The position numbers were made by a program, and so were the translations under genes. Below, piece after piece: positions 60,508 through 64,000 of a DNA stretch of 64,000 bases. The notes beneath the pieces were generated by a model. The model saw only the letters and a program-made list of their open reading frames with translations, searched no databases and had not been told where the DNA came from. The DNA is from Candidatus Poribacteria bacterium (GTDB taxonomy: Bacteria > Poribacteria > WGA-4E > WGA-3G), in the NCBI GenBank assembly GCA_965214095.1, contig OZ243938.1, positions 32,001 through 96,000 on the forward strand, read 5' to 3'. Within the stretch, counting starts at the first letter, position 1; every line of letters starts with the position of its first letter.

Positions 60508-60539
60508 CGTTATAGTGGTTCAATCGAACCACTATAACG
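60508..60539. terminator. Perfect 14-bp inverted repeat (terminator and/or operator)
   Basis: CGTTATAGTGGTTC-AATC-GAACCACTATAACG just upstream of the UPF0175 start. Confidence 0.55.
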
Positions 60540-60571
60540 TTCCATTAATTATAATGAATAAGTCTAACATG

Positions 60572-61414
60572 TTAGTGTACAGACTTAATTCTACCCCAAG
60601 TAGATGCCAATTTGCCTTCTGGTTCAACAGGGGTAACATTATCAGCACTTAAAACCACAAGACCTGTCTTTTCAGGATTTTTATTGTGAACAACAGTATG
60701 CGGATTCCACCCACTCCAACCTTTTTGACCAGGAGCGTTTTCATCTCCATCATTCACGCAGATTCCTAAACCAATTTCAAGACCTGCAGAAAGTGATATA
60801 TCCAGACCAAAATTAGCTGGCGTAAACCTGAATTCATAGCTGGTTGTCTTGGAATCCTCGTCTCTGGTAATAGCAACATCATCCCCACTGACAAGTCCAG
60901 TTAGACCATTCAACTGTTCATTATGTAAGAGAAGATCACCATTCTCGGCTAATGCAACATTATAGAGAAAGAAAGGCTGACCAGATTCCCGAATACCACT
61001 TGGAACAACGTTGAGTTGTACGCTATCACCGTTCCACGCTGCACCACCATTTTGATGCTCGTCATCTGTGACGCTTAAGGCAAGATAAACATTATCTTCA
61101 TCCCACACGATCATAAAACAAGTTGTGTGATCGTCGGGACCATCCCAAGTACCACCTTGATGGGCTTCCCAGACTTTAACTACACCGCCTTGTCCTTCAA
61201 ATTCGACGCCACAGAATGTTGAGCCATCAGTGCCTGTGACAGAATCCATGACACCGCTCCATTCGTCAAGATTGCCATCAATTTCAACATCAACACCTGT
61301 TGGTGCATTGTATACATCGTGTGTTGGACTACGCCACTGTGCATCAGCAACGCCGATTCCGATTAACATAATTGCTACGAATATAGCAGTAAATTTAAAC
61401 ACATACTTTTTCAT
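60572..61414 (-). CDS. Secreted CBM9/DOMON-like sugar-binding protein with C-terminal TWGRxK motif (paralog 1)
   Basis: Signal peptide ADA; IDGNLDEW, WDEDNVYLALSVTDD, WNGDSVQ, ICVNDGD; ends PVEPEGKLASTWGRIK. Confidence 0.75.
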   Translation of the reverse strand: MKKYVFKFTAIFVAIMLIGIGVADAQWRSPTHDVYNAPTGVDVEIDGNLDEWSGVMDSVTGTDGSTFCGVEFEGQGGVVKVWEAHQGGTWDGPDDHTTCFMIVWDEDNVYLALSVTDDEHQNGGAAWNGDSVQLNVVPSGIRESGQPFFLYNVALAENGDLLLHNEQLNGLTGLVSGDDVAITRDEDSKTTSYEFRFTPANFGLDISLSAGLEIGLGICVNDGDENAPGQKGWSGWNPHTVVHNKNPEKTGLVVLSADNVTPVEPEGKLASTWGRIKSVH

Positions 61415-61500
61415 CAAAAATTACCTCGTATTAGTATTAATTATCCACATTTATGTGTGGAAATTCTAATTTACAACAATGATGTTGTAATGTATTTTAA

Positions 61501-61553
61501 AATGGTAGCAAGGTGCTACCATTGAATTTCGTAGCGGATGTTACATCCGCTAC
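61501..61553. repeat. Two adjacent perfect 10-bp hairpins, both GTAGC...GCTAC
   Basis: AATGGTAGCA-AGG-TGCTACCATT and GTAGCGGATG-TTA-CATCCGCTAC. Confidence 0.7.
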
Positions 61554-61582
61554 TCAAAGTTTAATGTTAGTGATATTAAACT

Positions 61583-62431
61583 TCAACGGGTTGATTTTAA
61601 TCTTCCCCAAGTTGTTGTTAACTTATTCTTTGCTTCAACAGCGAGTTGTTCGTCTGTGAGAATGACTAAACCTGTGTTTTCTGGTTGTTTAGCACCGTTG
61701 ACGATACAATCTGTATACCAGCCGCTCCAACCTTTTTGACCGGGAGTGTCTTTGTCGCCATCATTGACACAAATAGCTAAACCAAATTCATAACCTGCAC
61801 TGAATTTACCACCAGCAACATCCCAATCATCAGCTGAAAATCTATATTCGTAGTAGGTTTCCTTGTCGTCTTCGTTCCGAGTTATTGCAACATTATCACC
61901 CTCAGTTAATTCCTGAGCTCCGAATATCGCTTCATTATGAAATATAAGGCCGTTTGCATCATTGTTTAAAGCAGCATTATACAAGTATAATTCTGCCCCA
62001 GGCTTACGCATACCAGATGGTACGAATCCAATTTGTGCACTATCACCATTCCAAGCACCACCACCATTTTGATGCTCGTCATCAGTAACGGCAAGTGCAA
62101 GATAGATATTTTCTTCGTCCCAGACAATACCAAAACAGGTTCTATGGTCATCACGACCATCCCAATTTCCTCCATCCCATTCACGGAAGACATATATTTT
62201 GCCATCGTTCCCAGCAAATTCTACTTCACAGAAAGGATCTCCATTTTCTCCAGTTACAGACTCAAAGACACCTTCCCAACCTTCTGCGTCATCAAGTTGA
62301 CCGTCAATCGTAATTTCTGCAGGACGTTGAAGTGCATGATATTCATCATGTGTATCGCTCCGCCACTGCGCATCTGCTGTTAAGCCAGTGATGAGTAACA
62401 ATAGTGTAATTGCGATTAAAACCTTCTTCAT
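61583..62431 (-). CDS. Secreted CBM9/DOMON-like sugar-binding protein with C-terminal TWGRxK motif (paralog 2)
   Basis: Start MKKVLI at 62431 with signal peptide; same motifs as paralog 1; ends AVEAKNKLTTTWGRLK. Confidence 0.75.
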   Translation of the reverse strand: MKKVLIAITLLLLITGLTADAQWRSDTHDEYHALQRPAEITIDGQLDDAEGWEGVFESVTGENGDPFCEVEFAGNDGKIYVFREWDGGNWDGRDDHRTCFGIVWDEENIYLALAVTDDEHQNGGGAWNGDSAQIGFVPSGMRKPGAELYLYNAALNNDANGLIFHNEAIFGAQELTEGDNVAITRNEDDKETYYEYRFSADDWDVAGGKFSAGYEFGLAICVNDGDKDTPGQKGWSGWYTDCIVNGAKQPENTGLVILTDEQLAVEAKNKLTTTWGRLKSTR

Positions 62432-62579
62432 TTTCTTTCTCCTTGTTATGCCATTTCTATATGATTTTCCCTTCAATAATGGAATGTAAGAGGCGCAATG
62501 AATTGCGCGACTATGATATACTATCTCTTGAAAGGGTTGACTTATGAATAATAAATTTGTTTGAAAACTAATTAGATTA

Positions 62580-63998
62580 TTAACGATCACCAATTATTTC
62601 AACTGTATCTTTCTTACCTATACAAAATATATATCTGTCATCTGAACCAATATATAACTTTTCATTTGCGATTGCTGGTGAGGATAGGAATTTCACACCA
62701 TTCGTGTCAGTATCTGAATCATACTCCCACTGAATCTGTCCATCCTCAACACTTAAAGAATAGATACGACCCGCTTGCGTTGCAACATAGACGGATTCGT
62801 CCGTTACTGCTGGTGAAGCCAAAACGGGTGAACCGAGATTTTTTTTCCAATGGATTTCACCATTCAAAGCATTAAGTGTGTAAACAAAATTAGTTCGTGA
62901 TCCAAAGGTAACATAGCCGTCGTGCACTACAGCGGCTGTCAGCACAGCATCACCTGCTTCATATTCCCAAACAATGTCACCTGTTTCACCATCTAATGCA
63001 ACGAACTTTCCAGCAGGAATAGGGGCACTTTGAGAAAAATCCCCTCTTCCGAGACCGAAAAAGACAAGATTTTCATATCCACTCGGAGTTCCCCACACTG
63101 GATACGGCATCGGGGTTGACCATATCTCTTCTCCAGTAACAGCATCTACAGCATATATTGTATATCCATCATAACCAGTACCGAAATAGACCTTATCATT
63201 TTTTACGAAAGGTGACATATCGGCATGGACTGCCGGATAATGCCAGATCTGTTCACCAGCAAGAGCGTCAATACAATAAACGCCATCTGCCCCTGCAGTG
63301 AAGTAAAGTCTACCTTTTGTTATGAACGGTGTCGATTCTACATGACTTGCAGTAGTAAAACTCCATATCGGTTCACCTGTGTTAGCATCCAGACATCTTA
63401 GTCTGCATCCACTATCCAAATGAAAACCTTCACCTATGTAGACCCTACCTGCAACAACTGCAGGAGATGAAAATATCGGAATCTCAGACTCTTTCTCCCA
63501 CACAACTTCATTCTTATCTGTGTCAATACAAAATGTAGCACCACGAACAGAGAAGACTGATCCTGCAACAGCACCAATATAAAGTCGATTTCCAACGATG
63601 GCTGGTGATGATAAGAACTGTACCGTTCTTGATCCCTTTGCCTTAAATACCCAAAGTGCGTTCCCATCAATAGGACCAGAAAGTTCATCAACTCGTCCTG
63701 TGCGGTTAGCATTGCCTCTAAAGGTTGTCCAGGCACTGCCTGTTCTTGCTTTCTGTTCTGCAGTTTTTTCACTACTTACATCTATCGGAGTTGGATTATT
63801 ATCAACGCCTTTATCAACTAAATAGAAGGTGAGCACTCCTAAACCGATAAGTACAAACAGACTAATGAAAGATACAATTGTCCTTTTCACTGTAAAAAAT
63901 CCTCTAATCTTGTAATATATGCTCTTCGTTGTATCACGTGCAAAGACAAGTGAAGTGAGTACAGCAATACCAACGAATGCAAGAATCTGCGGAATTAT
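62580..63998 (-). CDS. PQQ-binding-like beta-propeller repeat protein (5'-partial; frame open to window end)
   Basis: WTTFRGN..RTG, repeated SSPA/STP...G.L.CLD..TG...W blades; upstream hydrophobic segment is in the same frame. Confidence 0.88.
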   Translation of the reverse strand: MIPQILAFVGIAVLTSLVFARDTTKSIYYKIRGFFTVKRTIVSFISLFVLIGLGVLTFYLVDKGVDNNPTPIDVSSEKTAEQKARTGSAWTTFRGNANRTGRVDELSGPIDGNALWVFKAKGSRTVQFLSSPAIVGNRLYIGAVAGSVFSVRGATFCIDTDKNEVVWEKESEIPIFSSPAVVAGRVYIGEGFHLDSGCRLRCLDANTGEPIWSFTTASHVESTPFITKGRLYFTAGADGVYCIDALAGEQIWHYPAVHADMSPFVKNDKVYFGTGYDGYTIYAVDAVTGEEIWSTPMPYPVWGTPSGYENLVFFGLGRGDFSQSAPIPAGKFVALDGETGDIVWEYEAGDAVLTAAVVHDGYVTFGSRTNFVYTLNALNGEIHWKKNLGSPVLASPAVTDESVYVATQAGRIYSLSVEDGQIQWEYDSDTDTNGVKFLSSPAIANEKLYIGSDDRYIFCIGKKDTVEIIGDR

Positions 63999-64000
63999 TG

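Noticed and set aside
62432-62593. 54-aa N-terminal extension of the second CBM9-like gene
   Set aside because: The signal peptide begins at ATG 62431 after a GGAG-containing RBS, matching the paralog's start.

Overview
A 64-kb, fairly AT-rich, gene-dense bacterial chromosome segment. It most likely comes from Candidatus Poribacteria or a relative. This is an inference from three phytanoyl-CoA dioxygenase-family genes, three Gfo/Idh/MocA oxidoreductases, and paralogous secreted proteins ending in a VExxxKLxxTWGRxK motif. Housekeeping genes (ilvB-like, mtnA, purC, hisD, murA, truA, folD) are interspersed with orphan sugar/acid catabolism genes, a TonB-dependent receptor, an ABC exporter, a peptidoglycan amidase plus dipeptide epimerase, an nfeD-nfeD-floA-floA-yqfB-like operon and an ECF sigma/anti-sigma pair. 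I saw no rRNA, tRNA or CRISPR array. The most striking locus is 47.7-50.3 kb, a nested mobile-element cluster with three parts. (i) A 545-bp element with IS200/IS605-type ends and no credible ORF, carrying its own sigma70 promoter and a ~430-nt highly structured RNA-like cargo. (ii) An intact tnpA-tnpB IS200/IS605 element whose exact ends, TAM (TTCAC/TCAC) and guide can be read from the sequence. (iii) A 103-bp GTAG-REP-containing MITE that the IS has split; an intact second copy lies at 3568-3670. A second highlight is a cold-shock-domain protein fused to one clear and one degenerate Hfq/Sm-like domain (4047-4979). All calls are from reading the sequence only; no searches or folding programs were run.
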